A stretch of DNA of 64,000 nucleotides, taken from positions 1 to 64,000 of the forward strand of contig CBDAVP010000013.1 in assembly GCA_965201075.1 (NCBI GenBank), in the 5' to 3' direction. This stretch comes from Isosphaeraceae bacterium (GTDB lineage: Bacteria; Planctomycetota; Planctomycetia; Isosphaerales; Isosphaeraceae). A model generated the notes under the pieces. That model saw only the letters and a list, made by a program, of their open reading frames with translations, did no database searches and was not told the DNA's origin. The translations under genes were made by a program, and so were the position numbers. Below, piece by piece: positions 18,887-28,336 of this stretch. How positions within the stretch are numbered: the stretch's first letter is position 1; each line of letters opens with the position of its first letter.

Positions 18887-20065
18887 ATGATGCGGATGTT
18901 GGGGTGGGCCGTCTTCGGACTCATCGCCGCCTCCAACGGTGCCGCCCTGGCCGACGACGGGCCGGCGGGGGTGCTGGAGGCCAAGGGGCTCCGCAAGGCG
19001 GGTCTGGTCTACATCCTGCCGGCCGAGGCCGACGTGGCCAAGGCCGCCGGCGCGGTCCGGTCGGCCCAGCAGAAACTCGGCGTTGTGATGGGGGAGCAGG
19101 CCGAGGTCGAGGGGCAGATCGAGGCGAACAAGCAGATGGTCGTCGAGTTTACCCAGCAGCGCCGCATCCTCCGCGAACAGATGAACGGGGCCAACTCCAC
19201 CGCCGAACGCAACCAGTACGTCAACCAGCTCAACGAACTGGGAGACCGCGTCAACCTGCTCCACAGCGGTCACGACGAGGAGGAGGAGGCCCGCAAGCAG
19301 GCTGGGGCCGCCACCTCGGAACGCCGAGAGGACTACCTCCAGAAGCTGATGGAACTGGGCAACCTGATCGAGGACGTGGATGCGACCTACGCCAAGCTCC
19401 AGGCCGATGCCGAGGTCAAGGCCGCGATCGACGCCCTCAACGTCGGGGCCAAGGTCAATGCCCGGGTGACCCTGGGGCCATCCAAAGCCTACCAGGCCAG
19501 CGCCCGGGCCTTGCGGAAGGCCCAGGGGTCGGTCCATTCCGAGACGATCCCCCTGAGCGAGAACCGGGGGACCTTCCTGGTCAACGTGGTGCTCAACGGC
19601 AAGGTCACCAAGGCGATGATCTTCGACACCGGGGCCAGCATGGTGTCGCTGCCGGCGGAACTGGCGTCGAGGGCCGGCCTGAATCCCACCGACGCCGACC
19701 CCACCATCCGCATGCAGACCGCCGACGGCCGGACCCACGACGCCAAGCTGATGAAGCTCCAGTCGGTAAAGGTCGGCAAGTTCACCGTCAACGACGTCGA
19801 GTGCATCGTGGTCCCGCCCGACCTGGCCGACGCTCCCCCCCTGCTCGGCGGCAGCTTCCTGAAAGGCTTCACCTACAAGTTGATCCCCGAGGCCGGCAAG
19901 CTGACCCTCTCCCGGGTCGGCGAGGAAGAGGCCCCCAAGGTCGCCAAGCCGGCCAAGGGCGCGAAAGGCGCGAAGGGCTCGGCCAAGAAGTCCGCCGCCG
20001 CCCGCAAGGGCCAGGCCCCGAAGCCCGCCGCCTCCGCGACCCAAACTCCCCCCGACGACGAATAA
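18887..20065 (+). CDS. Exported retropepsin-like (clan AA) aspartic protease with a coiled-coil N-terminus
   Basis: Signal peptide, long Q/E-rich helix, MIFDTGASMVSL, TADG, PPLLGGSFL; K/A-rich tail. Confidence 0.85.
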   Translation: MMRMLGWAVFGLIAASNGAALADDGPAGVLEAKGLRKAGLVYILPAEADVAKAAGAVRSAQQKLGVVMGEQAEVEGQIEANKQMVVEFTQQRRILREQMNGANSTAERNQYVNQLNELGDRVNLLHSGHDEEEEARKQAGAATSERREDYLQKLMELGNLIEDVDATYAKLQADAEVKAAIDALNVGAKVNARVTLGPSKAYQASARALRKAQGSVHSETIPLSENRGTFLVNVVLNGKVTKAMIFDTGASMVSLPAELASRAGLNPTDADPTIRMQTADGRTHDAKLMKLQSVKVGKFTVNDVECIVVPPDLADAPPLLGGSFLKGFTYKLIPEAGKLTLSRVGEEEAPKVAKPAKGAKGAKGSAKKSAAARKGQAPKPAASATQTPPDDE

Positions 20066-20115
20066 CTCCGCCAGCCCAACCCAGTGCCGTGGATTTCTCC
20101 ATTGGCCTTGGAATC

Positions 20116-20155
20116 GGGGACTGGCTCTGGCGGTACTCCGCCGGTGCTTGTCCCC
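20116..20155. repeat. Dispersed copy of the REP-like palindrome
   Basis: GGGGACTGGCTCTGGCGGTACTCCGCCGGTGCTTGTCCCC, closely similar to the hairpin core at 28312 and at 29943/30048. Confidence 0.8.
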
Positions 20156-20339
20156 CATTGGGGGGCCCGGTGGGCGTCGTGTCAGGGACATCCGTCGGCG
20201 AAAGGGGGCCAGGCAAAGTGAGAACGAAACGGCCCTGCAGCCCAACCCAAGTCGCGTTGACCCACCCTTGCGAGCTTTGTATCGTAAAGTGATCGAGGCC
20301 CCGACGGTCGGGGCGGGGGTTCGCGAGGAGGGCGAGCGG

Positions 20340-20618
20340 ATGGCTCGGGAATGGTTCAAGCCGTGGGGTTGGGCGTATCGGCCGGCGTCCTGGCAGGCAT
20401 TGGCGGTGTTGCTGGTGGCTGGGGGGCTGGGGGCGGAGATGGTAGCGGCGGCGGGCTCTCGGTCGCAAAGTGCGGGGGACTGGTTAGCGGGGGTGGTTCC
20501 CGCGGTGGTCGCTTGCCTGGCGATCGTGAACTGGGTCGCGTCGAAGACCAGCCCGGAGGCTTCTCGGCCTCGTCGTCGGCGGCTTCGCGACATGGATTCG
20601 CCCGGCTGGGATGGGTGA
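20340..20618 (+). CDS. Small 2-TM membrane protein
   Basis: MAREWFKPWGWAYRPASWQ..two hydrophobic helices..NWVASKTS; GAGGAG upstream. Confidence 0.6.
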   Translation: MAREWFKPWGWAYRPASWQALAVLLVAGGLGAEMVAAAGSRSQSAGDWLAGVVPAVVACLAIVNWVASKTSPEASRPRRRRLRDMDSPGWDG

Positions 20619-20668
20619 GGGACTCGGCCGATCGGGGAGGTTTCGGCCGAGGCCCCTGGAGGGGTGGG

Positions 20669-21691
20669 TCAGGCGGCGGCGAAGTCGGGGTCGAGGACAA
20701 TCCGGTAGCGGGCCTTGCCGGCCTTGAGGTGTTCGAAGGCGTCGTTGACGCGGCTCATCGGGAACCGTTCGACCTGCGGCGCGATCTGGTGGCGGGCGGC
20801 GAAGTCGAGCATGGTGGCGATCGCCACGGGGGAGCCGGTGGGGGAGCCGGAAACCGCGCGCTCGGTCATGATCAGGTCAAACGCCGGGATGGCCATCGGT
20901 TCGGGCACGGCGCCAACGACGTGCATCCGGCCCTTTGGGGCCAGGGTGTTGAGGTAGGCGTGCCAGTCCAGCGAGACGTTGGCCGTCACCAGCAGGAAGT
21001 CGAGCGTGCCGGCGATCTTCCCCAAAGCCTTGCTGTCGCGGCTGGAGACGACCTTGTGCGCGCCCAGGGATTTCGCCTCGTCGGTCTTCGACTCGCTGGA
21101 GGTGAAGGCGGTGACCTCGCAGCCCCAGGCGTTGGCGAACTTCAACGCCATGTGGCCGAGGCCGCCGATGCCCACCACTCCCACGTGGGCCGTCGGCGGG
21201 ATCTTGTGAATCTGGAAGGGGTTGAACACGGTGATCCCCCCGCACAGCAACGGCCCGACCGCCGAGTCGTCGAGCCCCTCGGGGATCGGGATCGTCCAGG
21301 ACCAGTGGGCTCGCACCTTCTCGGCGAAGCCGCCGAAATGGCCGATGATGGTCGGTTGCCCCTCGGGGCAAAGGTGTTGCGAGCCCGAAAGGCACTGTCG
21401 GCAGTGGGTGCAACTGCCGGAATACCAGCCGACGCCCACTCGCTGGCCGACGGCGACGTTCAACGCCTGGTCCCCGACGGCGACCACCCGGCCGATGACC
21501 TCGTGGCCGGGCACGAACGGATAGACCGAGTTGCCCCAGTCGTTGTTGAGGACCGAGAGGTCGGAGTGGCACATCCCGCACGACTCGACGGCGACTTCCA
21601 CCTCGGCCGGGCCGAGCGGGCCGGGGTCGTAGGTGAACGGTTCGAGCTTGGCCCCTTTCGCCCTGGCGACCCAGGCACGGATCTGGCTCAT
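20669..21691 (-). CDS. Zn-dependent NADPH alcohol/aldehyde reductase (CAD/Ahr-like)
   Basis: CGMCHSD, PGHEVIG, C..C..C..C zinc site, GPLLCGGITVF, GIGGLGH, GKARYRIVL. Confidence 0.93.
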   Translation of the reverse strand: MSQIRAWVARAKGAKLEPFTYDPGPLGPAEVEVAVESCGMCHSDLSVLNNDWGNSVYPFVPGHEVIGRVVAVGDQALNVAVGQRVGVGWYSGSCTHCRQCLSGSQHLCPEGQPTIIGHFGGFAEKVRAHWSWTIPIPEGLDDSAVGPLLCGGITVFNPFQIHKIPPTAHVGVVGIGGLGHMALKFANAWGCEVTAFTSSESKTDEAKSLGAHKVVSSRDSKALGKIAGTLDFLLVTANVSLDWHAYLNTLAPKGRMHVVGAVPEPMAIPAFDLIMTERAVSGSPTGSPVAIATMLDFAARHQIAPQVERFPMSRVNDAFEHLKAGKARYRIVLDPDFAAA

Positions 21692-21841
21692 CGTGGGAAG
21701 TTCCTTTGGTGATTGGTCTTCACTGTCGAGATGGGGCGGATCGGCGGGATTGTAAACGGCCGGGTCAATGGCGTCTCGCTTGCTAGGGCGGCTAGAATTC
21801 CGGAGACGCCCCCTGCCCCGATTCCCGCGAGGCTCCCGACG

Positions 21842-22402
21842 ATGGACTGGTCCGCGCTGTTCGCCGAAGCCCTGCCGTATGTCCCGTTCCTGGACAAGTA
21901 CGCCGTGATGGGCCACCGCCCCCGCTGGGACGCCCAGCACGGCCGCGTCCGCCTGACCGCCGAGCAGACGGCGACCCTCGGCGGGTTCATCCGACGGATG
22001 CCGGTGCTGGTCCTCAATGGGGCATGGTGCGGCGACTGCATCAACCAGGTTCCAATCTTCGACCACTTCGCCCAGGCCTCAAAGGCGATCGACCTACGAT
22101 TCCTCGACCGCGACGCCCACGCCGAGGTCCGTTCGGCCCTGTCGGTCAACGGCGGGCACCGCGTCCCCGTGGCCGTCTTCCTGAGCGAGGATTTCCAGGA
22201 GGTCTCGCGCTACGGAGACCGCACCCTTTCGCGCTACCGGCAGCTCGCCCGCGAGCAACTGGGCCCCTCCTGCCCCACCGGCCTGGTCGCGCCGAGCGAC
22301 GACGCGACGTCGCTGGTCGTCTCGGAATGGCTGGGCGAGTTCGAGCGGGCCCAGTTGGTGCTGCGGCTCTCGCCCCGGTTGCGGGAGAAGCACGGGGATT
22401 GA
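21842..22402 (+). CDS. Thioredoxin-family protein
   Basis: VLVLNGAWCGDC, GGHRVPVAVFLSEDF. Confidence 0.85.
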   Translation: MDWSALFAEALPYVPFLDKYAVMGHRPRWDAQHGRVRLTAEQTATLGGFIRRMPVLVLNGAWCGDCINQVPIFDHFAQASKAIDLRFLDRDAHAEVRSALSVNGGHRVPVAVFLSEDFQEVSRYGDRTLSRYRQLAREQLGPSCPTGLVAPSDDATSLVVSEWLGEFERAQLVLRLSPRLREKHGD

Positions 22403-22989
22403 GCCCGAAGGCCCAGGCCAGGAACGTCGGAGGGGTGGGCCCAATGGATGTGCGTGGTGAGGTCGCCCCTTGTCGTGACACCTCCTGCGACTCGTGAGAG
22501 TCTGGAAGGGACAAGGAGTCGACCCGAGATGACCATTTCCTTCTCCACGGTCGGCGCCGCAACGTCTTCCGGACCGGATTCACGATTCACCAAGACATAG
22601 TTTCCAGCCTGTTCGTCCATCGATGGTGCCCAGCGGGAGCTTGCACCGTGGGCCGGATCAGAAATAGGGTCAGGAAGCCTCCGGAGGCCCCAGCCTCGCG
22701 ATCGCTTGGAGGATGTTGAGCGCAGGTGTAGGCTGAGTCCGCTGAGCTTCGCGATCCGCTTGAGGGTCCAGCACGGACCAATTCTCTCATGCCGCGACGG
22801 ATCCGATTTCTCGATCTCTCCCTGGGTGGGTGCCGCTACTTGATCGATGCCAACGATCGGCATAGAATCTTCCCGACGAACCTCGCGACCCCCTGCGCCT
22901 CCCCATCGCCGGAACGCTTTCGGGTCGAGCCGAAGGCGGTTCGCCTGGGTGAGAGACCTGCGGAACCTGGTCGGCTGTCGAGGAAAACG

Positions 22990-23715
22990 ATGCGAAAACA
23001 GCTCCGGAAACTTTATCGATGGGTTCGTCCGGAGCCCATCCCACCCTGCGACGCGGAAACACTCGCCGTCCTGCAACATGTGTTGCGTCCCGATTCGAAT
23101 ACGGTCGATGTCGGTTGCAACCGAGGGTCGATCCTCCGCGAGATGGTGCGGCTCTCCCCGTCGGGTCGTCATTTCGCCTTCGAACCGATCCCGCGGCTTC
23201 AACGGCTGCTCCGCGCCCGATTCCCCGAGATTGAATGCCACGGAGTGGCCCTCAGCGATCGGAAGGGGGTCGCCCGGTTCAACCATTTCGTGGAATTGGA
23301 CGGTTTCAGCGGATTGATGCAGCGGCAAGACGTCAGCGAGGATACCGGCGGCTTGCGAAAGATCGAAGTCCAGACCGAGCGCTTGGACGACGTCCTGCCG
23401 CCCGGCGTTCGGATTGCCCTGATCAAGATCGACGTCGAAGGGGCGGAATTCGAGGTGTTGCGCGGCGCCGAGGCCACGCTGAGGACCTCCCGTCCCACGA
23501 TCATCTTCGAATGCGGCAAGGGTGGCCTGGACCTCTTCGGCCATACCTCCGAAGAAATGTTCACGTTCCTCGAAGAGTGCGACTTTACCATCAAGTACCT
23601 TGACGATTGGTCGCCCCACCAAACGCCCCTCGATTCCCAGGCATTCGCGGAAAACTTCAAGGCCAGGGGCAAATTTATGTTCGTGGCCTCTCCAGCCGTC
23701 CCATCGACCGTCTGA
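22990..23715 (+). CDS. FkbM-family methyltransferase
   Basis: VDVGCNRG, AFEPIP, VALSD, RLDDVL, LIKIDVEGAEFEVLRGA..RPTIIFE. Confidence 0.92.
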   Translation: MRKQLRKLYRWVRPEPIPPCDAETLAVLQHVLRPDSNTVDVGCNRGSILREMVRLSPSGRHFAFEPIPRLQRLLRARFPEIECHGVALSDRKGVARFNHFVELDGFSGLMQRQDVSEDTGGLRKIEVQTERLDDVLPPGVRIALIKIDVEGAEFEVLRGAEATLRTSRPTIIFECGKGGLDLFGHTSEEMFTFLEECDFTIKYLDDWSPHQTPLDSQAFAENFKARGKFMFVASPAVPSTV

Positions 23716-23863
23716 TCCTACGTTGCCGCGGACCCCTGCGCCCTCTCGAGGAGCGTTCCAGTCGGAGCCGATCGGGTAGACCCGTGGTTGGGGTCGGGCG
23801 GAGGATCGCGCGAGAACCTTTGTCCCTCGGCATCGCCTCGCCATCTTTCAATCTCCTCGCGAC

Positions 23864-25219
23864 TTATCGCTCCGCGCCATCCTGCGGGAAGTACGTCAAT
23901 CCCCCCCTGGGAAAGACCCGGACCCTCGGCGCCTCGATTCCCTTCAAGGCCCGCCCGGCGGCTTGCCAGAGGGGCCCTTGCTCGGCGAAGAGGCGGATCG
24001 GGCCGAGGCGGGGGCCGATTCGCTCGTGCAGCGGTGGGGCGTAGACCAGGACGGTTCGGTCGACGACCAGCTCCCGAGCCCAGCGGATCATGAACGAAGC
24101 GGGGCTTTCCCTCGCGGCCATGACACGGTCGGCGGCTGCCAGACCCTTGCGCATCAGCCAGCCTCCGGGGCTTCCCGTGGCGGCGATGGCTCGCATCGCG
24201 GGCATCGGGAAGGATCGGTCGATCTCGGATTCATCCGTGCGGAACATCCCCACGAAAACCCCTCCGGGACGGCCGGCGGCTCGGTGCTGGAGCAGGACCT
24301 TGAAACTTTGCATCGGGTCGCCGGGCCAGGGGTCGTTGCCGGCGACCACCACGTCGGCCGGCGGCCCGGCGGGGGCCCTCAGACGTCGGCGAGCCTCGGC
24401 GGCCAGGGCGTCCTGCACCGGGTCGGGGTGGCCAGCGACGACCTTCAAGACCCGCCCCGGCTCGCCCAAGAGGTGACTGATCGACAGGCAGGGGCCTAGC
24501 TTCGCCGCCGCCGAGCGAATCGCCCGACGCATCGGGTTGGCACTGGCGTCCCCGCCGAGCAGCCGCCCCACGTCGCCGCCGAGCCCCTGGCGGTGCAAAG
24601 CTCCCAGGGTCGTCCGGTGGCTGGTGCCGGGGAAAATGAGCTTGTAGCCGCCGCCGAACCCCGCCTGGAGGTGCGGCAGGACCGAGCCGATCAGGATGCG
24701 CAGGTCGGCCTCGGCCACCGGGCGAAAGACCCGCACCGGTACCCCCTCGGGCGTCGTGCCGAGGTCAACGTATTGCGACAGGTCATCGACCGGCGGGCTG
24801 TAGCAGCGCAGGCGGGCCGCGACGCCGTCGCCCACGCGTCGGCGCATCGCCTCGTCGTCGACGGCGTGGTGGCGACCCACGCCGACGCTGAGGGTAATCC
24901 GATCGTCGGCGACCCCGGCGTCCCTCAGGCGATTCAGCAGCACCGGCAGCGCCTCGCGGACTGGCGTCCAGCGAGAGGGGTCGTCCACCACGATCGCCAC
25001 CGAAGCCCCCGGACCGAGAGTCCCGCCGTCCAGTCGGGGCGCTTCGATCGGCTCGTTCAGGGCGAGGGCCAGGGCCGCCGGGTAGTCGTCCAGGGGGCCA
25101 TCGAGGTCGGGCCAGACCACCTCGGGATCGGACCAGCCCTCGGGCAGTTCCAGGGGCAGCTCGCCGTTTCCCCAGGGGATCGCCAGGGTTTTGCGGGCGT
25201 TGGGGGTCGGTGTTGGCAT
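23864..25219 (-). CDS. LarA (lactate racemase) superfamily protein
   Basis: IVVDDPSRWTP, GVGRHH, DLGTT..GVPV, GSVLPHLQAGFGGGYKLIFPG, GALH. Confidence 0.82.
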   Translation of the reverse strand: MPTPTPNARKTLAIPWGNGELPLELPEGWSDPEVVWPDLDGPLDDYPAALALALNEPIEAPRLDGGTLGPGASVAIVVDDPSRWTPVREALPVLLNRLRDAGVADDRITLSVGVGRHHAVDDEAMRRRVGDGVAARLRCYSPPVDDLSQYVDLGTTPEGVPVRVFRPVAEADLRILIGSVLPHLQAGFGGGYKLIFPGTSHRTTLGALHRQGLGGDVGRLLGGDASANPMRRAIRSAAAKLGPCLSISHLLGEPGRVLKVVAGHPDPVQDALAAEARRRLRAPAGPPADVVVAGNDPWPGDPMQSFKVLLQHRAAGRPGGVFVGMFRTDESEIDRSFPMPAMRAIAATGSPGGWLMRKGLAAADRVMAARESPASFMIRWARELVVDRTVLVYAPPLHERIGPRLGPIRLFAEQGPLWQAAGRALKGIEAPRVRVFPRGGLTYFPQDGAER

Positions 25220-25486
25220 GAGCGGTCCTTCCCTGGCCCCGCGGTCGGGCATCTTGGCCGGTCCTTCGGGCCCCCACGCTAATGGATCGGGGGCCATTCC
25301 GCCAAGTCGGGTCGGGCCGGACATTTGGCGCCGTTGGCGCAATCCTCGCCAGCTCGGGAAAGATTGGGGGGGACGGGTGCAACCGGGCCCATCCGGGGCC
25401 CGATACCCTCGACAATGTTTTATGGTCGCGATCCTCTTCGACTCCCTCCCGGGTGCCCCCCCAGCCCGGCCTTTACCGGTGACGCG

Positions 25487-26794
25487 ATGAATCCATCAGA
25501 TCGTCGGCGAGTCCCGCGATTTCGTCCCTGGGCCGAGCGTTGCGAGGCGCGTCTGGTTCTCAGCGGGAACGCGAGCGAGGCCATCATCGCCTCGATCCTG
25601 CGGACCCCGGGAACTTCGGCCCCAAACCATGTCAACACGCCGATCCTACGCCTGGGTCGGGCTTCCAGCGTCGTGACGTTCATCGACCCCACGGTGCATA
25701 TCAACTTCCCCCGGCATATTGGAATTGGTGGCAAGAACTTCATCGCGCCTTATGCGACCCTGGACGCCGGCCCGCCGGGCTTCATCAAAATCGGCAACGG
25801 TTCGAGCATCCAGGACGACGCGGTGATTCAGGGGAATCCCAACCGAGCCCGGGGGCCCATCGGCGTCATCATCGGCGACAATTCGTATGTCGGGCCGGGC
25901 GCCACGGTCCGCGGCCCGGCCCGCGTCGGGGCGTTGCGGTCAAATCTCCAGGCGGGAGTGTATGCCAACGCCCAGATCGACGGGGCGATCGTCGAGCCAG
26001 GCGCCATTGTCGGCCAACTCGCGAGGGTTGGTCCCGGGGTCGACGTCCCGGCCAATATTTATGTCTTACCCGGGGCCAACGTCACGACCCAGGCCGAGGC
26101 TACCAACCCCGCCTTGGGCAAGGTCCGCGCCGTCACGGCGGCCGATCGCACGATCCTGGCCTCCTACGTCACCACCAACCAGGCGCTGGCGCTGGGGTAT
26201 GCGACGCTCTATCAGGGGAATGCGGCCACCGGGGTGAGTCCGTACACGACGACCGCCGGGGTGAACAACGGCAACCTCGCCGCGATCACCGGCGCCAGCG
26301 CCGAGCCGGGCTCGGCCACGGTCTCGTTCGAGCCCGCCACGGGCCTGATCCCCAGCTTCGCCGGCACCCCGGCCACCTTCTACGGCTATCGCGCCCGCCT
26401 GACCGGCCGCGTCGTGCTGGGCGACCGCCCCTCGGTAGCCGCCAGCAAATTCGGCCGGGGTGACTCGATCCGCGCCGACGTCGGCCAGCCGATCACCATC
26501 GCCGGCATCAACAGCATTGGCGACTCGGTTTCGATGCACGGACGGGTGGGCGACAAGATTACTATCGGCACCAACTTCACCGCCGAGAGTAACTCCCGGG
26601 TCCTCAGCAATGCCACCCTGGGCAACGACGTGACCCTGGGCAACGGGTCGGTCGTGAGCGCCTCGACGCTGGGTAACGGCGTGACGGTTGGGGCCCGGTC
26701 GCTGATCCTGAACTCCACACTCGCCCCCGGCACCAACGTCCCGGCCGGGACGATCCTCATCAACAACGTCGTGACCCGCGCCATCGAGTGGTGA
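25487..26794 (+). CDS. Planctomycete exported protein with gamma-carbonic-anhydrase-like left-handed beta-helix repeats
   Basis: N-terminal RRR..FRP.AERCEARLVLS (LEPR-xLL-like); hexapeptide repeats (IGGKNFIAP, IGNGSSIQD, LGNDVTLGNGSVV, LGNGVTVGARSLI). Confidence 0.72.
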   Translation: MNPSDRRRVPRFRPWAERCEARLVLSGNASEAIIASILRTPGTSAPNHVNTPILRLGRASSVVTFIDPTVHINFPRHIGIGGKNFIAPYATLDAGPPGFIKIGNGSSIQDDAVIQGNPNRARGPIGVIIGDNSYVGPGATVRGPARVGALRSNLQAGVYANAQIDGAIVEPGAIVGQLARVGPGVDVPANIYVLPGANVTTQAEATNPALGKVRAVTAADRTILASYVTTNQALALGYATLYQGNAATGVSPYTTTAGVNNGNLAAITGASAEPGSATVSFEPATGLIPSFAGTPATFYGYRARLTGRVVLGDRPSVAASKFGRGDSIRADVGQPITIAGINSIGDSVSMHGRVGDKITIGTNFTAESNSRVLSNATLGNDVTLGNGSVVSASTLGNGVTVGARSLILNSTLAPGTNVPAGTILINNVVTRAIEW

Positions 26795-27079
26795 TCGCAG
26801 CCAAGGCGTCACGCATCCCCCCCTTCGGTCCCGCGTTCGGTCCCCACGACCGGGTGTGGGGCCGATCGGCTTTGTTTCGATAGGCATGGAATCGAGCCCG
26901 GCCGAGTTGCCCGCGTCCAACCCATGTCCTAGAGTGCATTTGTGCGGATTGCGCCGGAGAGGCCGTTTCCACCGTCCGAGTCGTCCGCAATGATGCCCAA
27001 CACAAGTGAGGGGTCCAAAACCGAGCCAATGCCGAAGCGAGCCTCGCCGGCCTCTTCGCGTCGCAACATCACGCCGGGG

Positions 27080-28282
27080 ATGGCCGCTCCCGGCGATCCA
27101 GGAGTCGGCGAGAGCGGGGCAATGGAGGTCCGTCGGCTCCGGTTCGCCGACCCGGCCATCGAGGCGGAATTCCGGGCCAACGCCGATCGGAGGGCCCTGC
27201 CGCCAGTCCGTCGGGTCGTCGCGCTTACGGCCCTGGCCTACGCCGCCTCGGCTCTGGTCGATGGCCTGTCGCGACCCGAGGCGAGGCCGTTCATCTCGGC
27301 GTTTCGCTTCGGGGTCGTCGGTCCCCTGGCCATCGCCGTGGTGATCCTGTCGAGACGCCGAGGCGCCGAGCGCTGGTTGCAGCCGGCGGCCTGCCTCTTC
27401 GGTGTGGTCTCGGCGGGCGGGCTGGTGGCGATGACCTTGTGGACGCACCCCATCCTCAAGACGAGGGATTTTGCCCTTCTGCTGGCCCTTTTGCTGGTCC
27501 TGGCAAGGATGCTGAAGCTGAGGTTCCCCGCCGCGTTGGTCCTGACCGCCGCGACAACCGCGACGTACTGGGTGGGCGTGATGGTCGCCGGGGGTGAGCG
27601 GCCGATCGACCTGATGGTCTTCGCCGTGGCGGCGACCTTCGGACTGGTCGAGGTGTACTCCGCCGAGGTCGCCCAGCGCACCGACTTCCTCCAGCGACGG
27701 CTCATCCAGGCGCAGTCCCGGTCGCTGCGAGAGGCCCTGCAGGAAGTCGAGGCGAGGCGCTGGGAGGCCGAGGACGCGGCCAATCACGACCCCTTGACGG
27801 AACTGGCCAACCGCCGACAGTTCTTCGCCCTGGCCTCGGGCTCGCGGCCGACGACGATGGCGGTCATCCTGCTGGACCTGGATCACTTCAAGGCGGTCAA
27901 CGACACCCACGGCCACGCCGTCGGCGACTGTGTGCTTCAAGCCGTGGCCGAAATCCTCAGAGAAAACGTCCGACCCGGCGACACCCCCTGCCGGTTCGGC
28001 GGCGAGGAATTCGCCGTGCTGCTGCCGAGGACCGACCTGAGGGGCGCGGCCGCCGTCGGCGAGCGCCTGCGGTCCCGCATCGGTGCCGCGAGCATCCCGA
28101 CCGGCCAAGGCCCCCTGACGGTCTCGGTCAGCGTCGGCATCGCCGCAGCCGACGGAGAGCCCGCCGCCGTCGAGGCCCTACTCGACCGAGCCGACCAGGC
28201 CCTCTACCAGGCCAAAAACGCCGGCCGAGACCGCGTCCGCCTCTGGAAACCCCCCGACGACCCCACCGCCCTCCCCGCCTGA
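27080..28282 (+). CDS. Membrane diguanylate cyclase (multi-TM + GGDEF)
   Basis: About six hydrophobic helices, HDPLTELANRR, LLDLDHFKAVNDTHGHAVGD, RPGD I-site, RFGGEEF, ADQALYQAK. Start uncertain (27080 or 27122). Confidence 0.92.
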   Translation: MAAPGDPGVGESGAMEVRRLRFADPAIEAEFRANADRRALPPVRRVVALTALAYAASALVDGLSRPEARPFISAFRFGVVGPLAIAVVILSRRRGAERWLQPAACLFGVVSAGGLVAMTLWTHPILKTRDFALLLALLLVLARMLKLRFPAALVLTAATTATYWVGVMVAGGERPIDLMVFAVAATFGLVEVYSAEVAQRTDFLQRRLIQAQSRSLREALQEVEARRWEAEDAANHDPLTELANRRQFFALASGSRPTTMAVILLDLDHFKAVNDTHGHAVGDCVLQAVAEILRENVRPGDTPCRFGGEEFAVLLPRTDLRGAAAVGERLRSRIGAASIPTGQGPLTVSVSVGIAAADGEPAAVEALLDRADQALYQAKNAGRDRVRLWKPPDDPTALPA

Positions 28283-28336
28283 TGCGGTGTCCCCCCAAGG
28301 TTGAGGCAAAAGGGGACTGGCTCCGGCGGTACTCCG

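Noticed and set aside
26795..27079. c-di-GMP riboswitch upstream of the GGDEF gene
   Set aside because: No class I or class II consensus elements are recognisable by eye; an Rfam scan would settle it.
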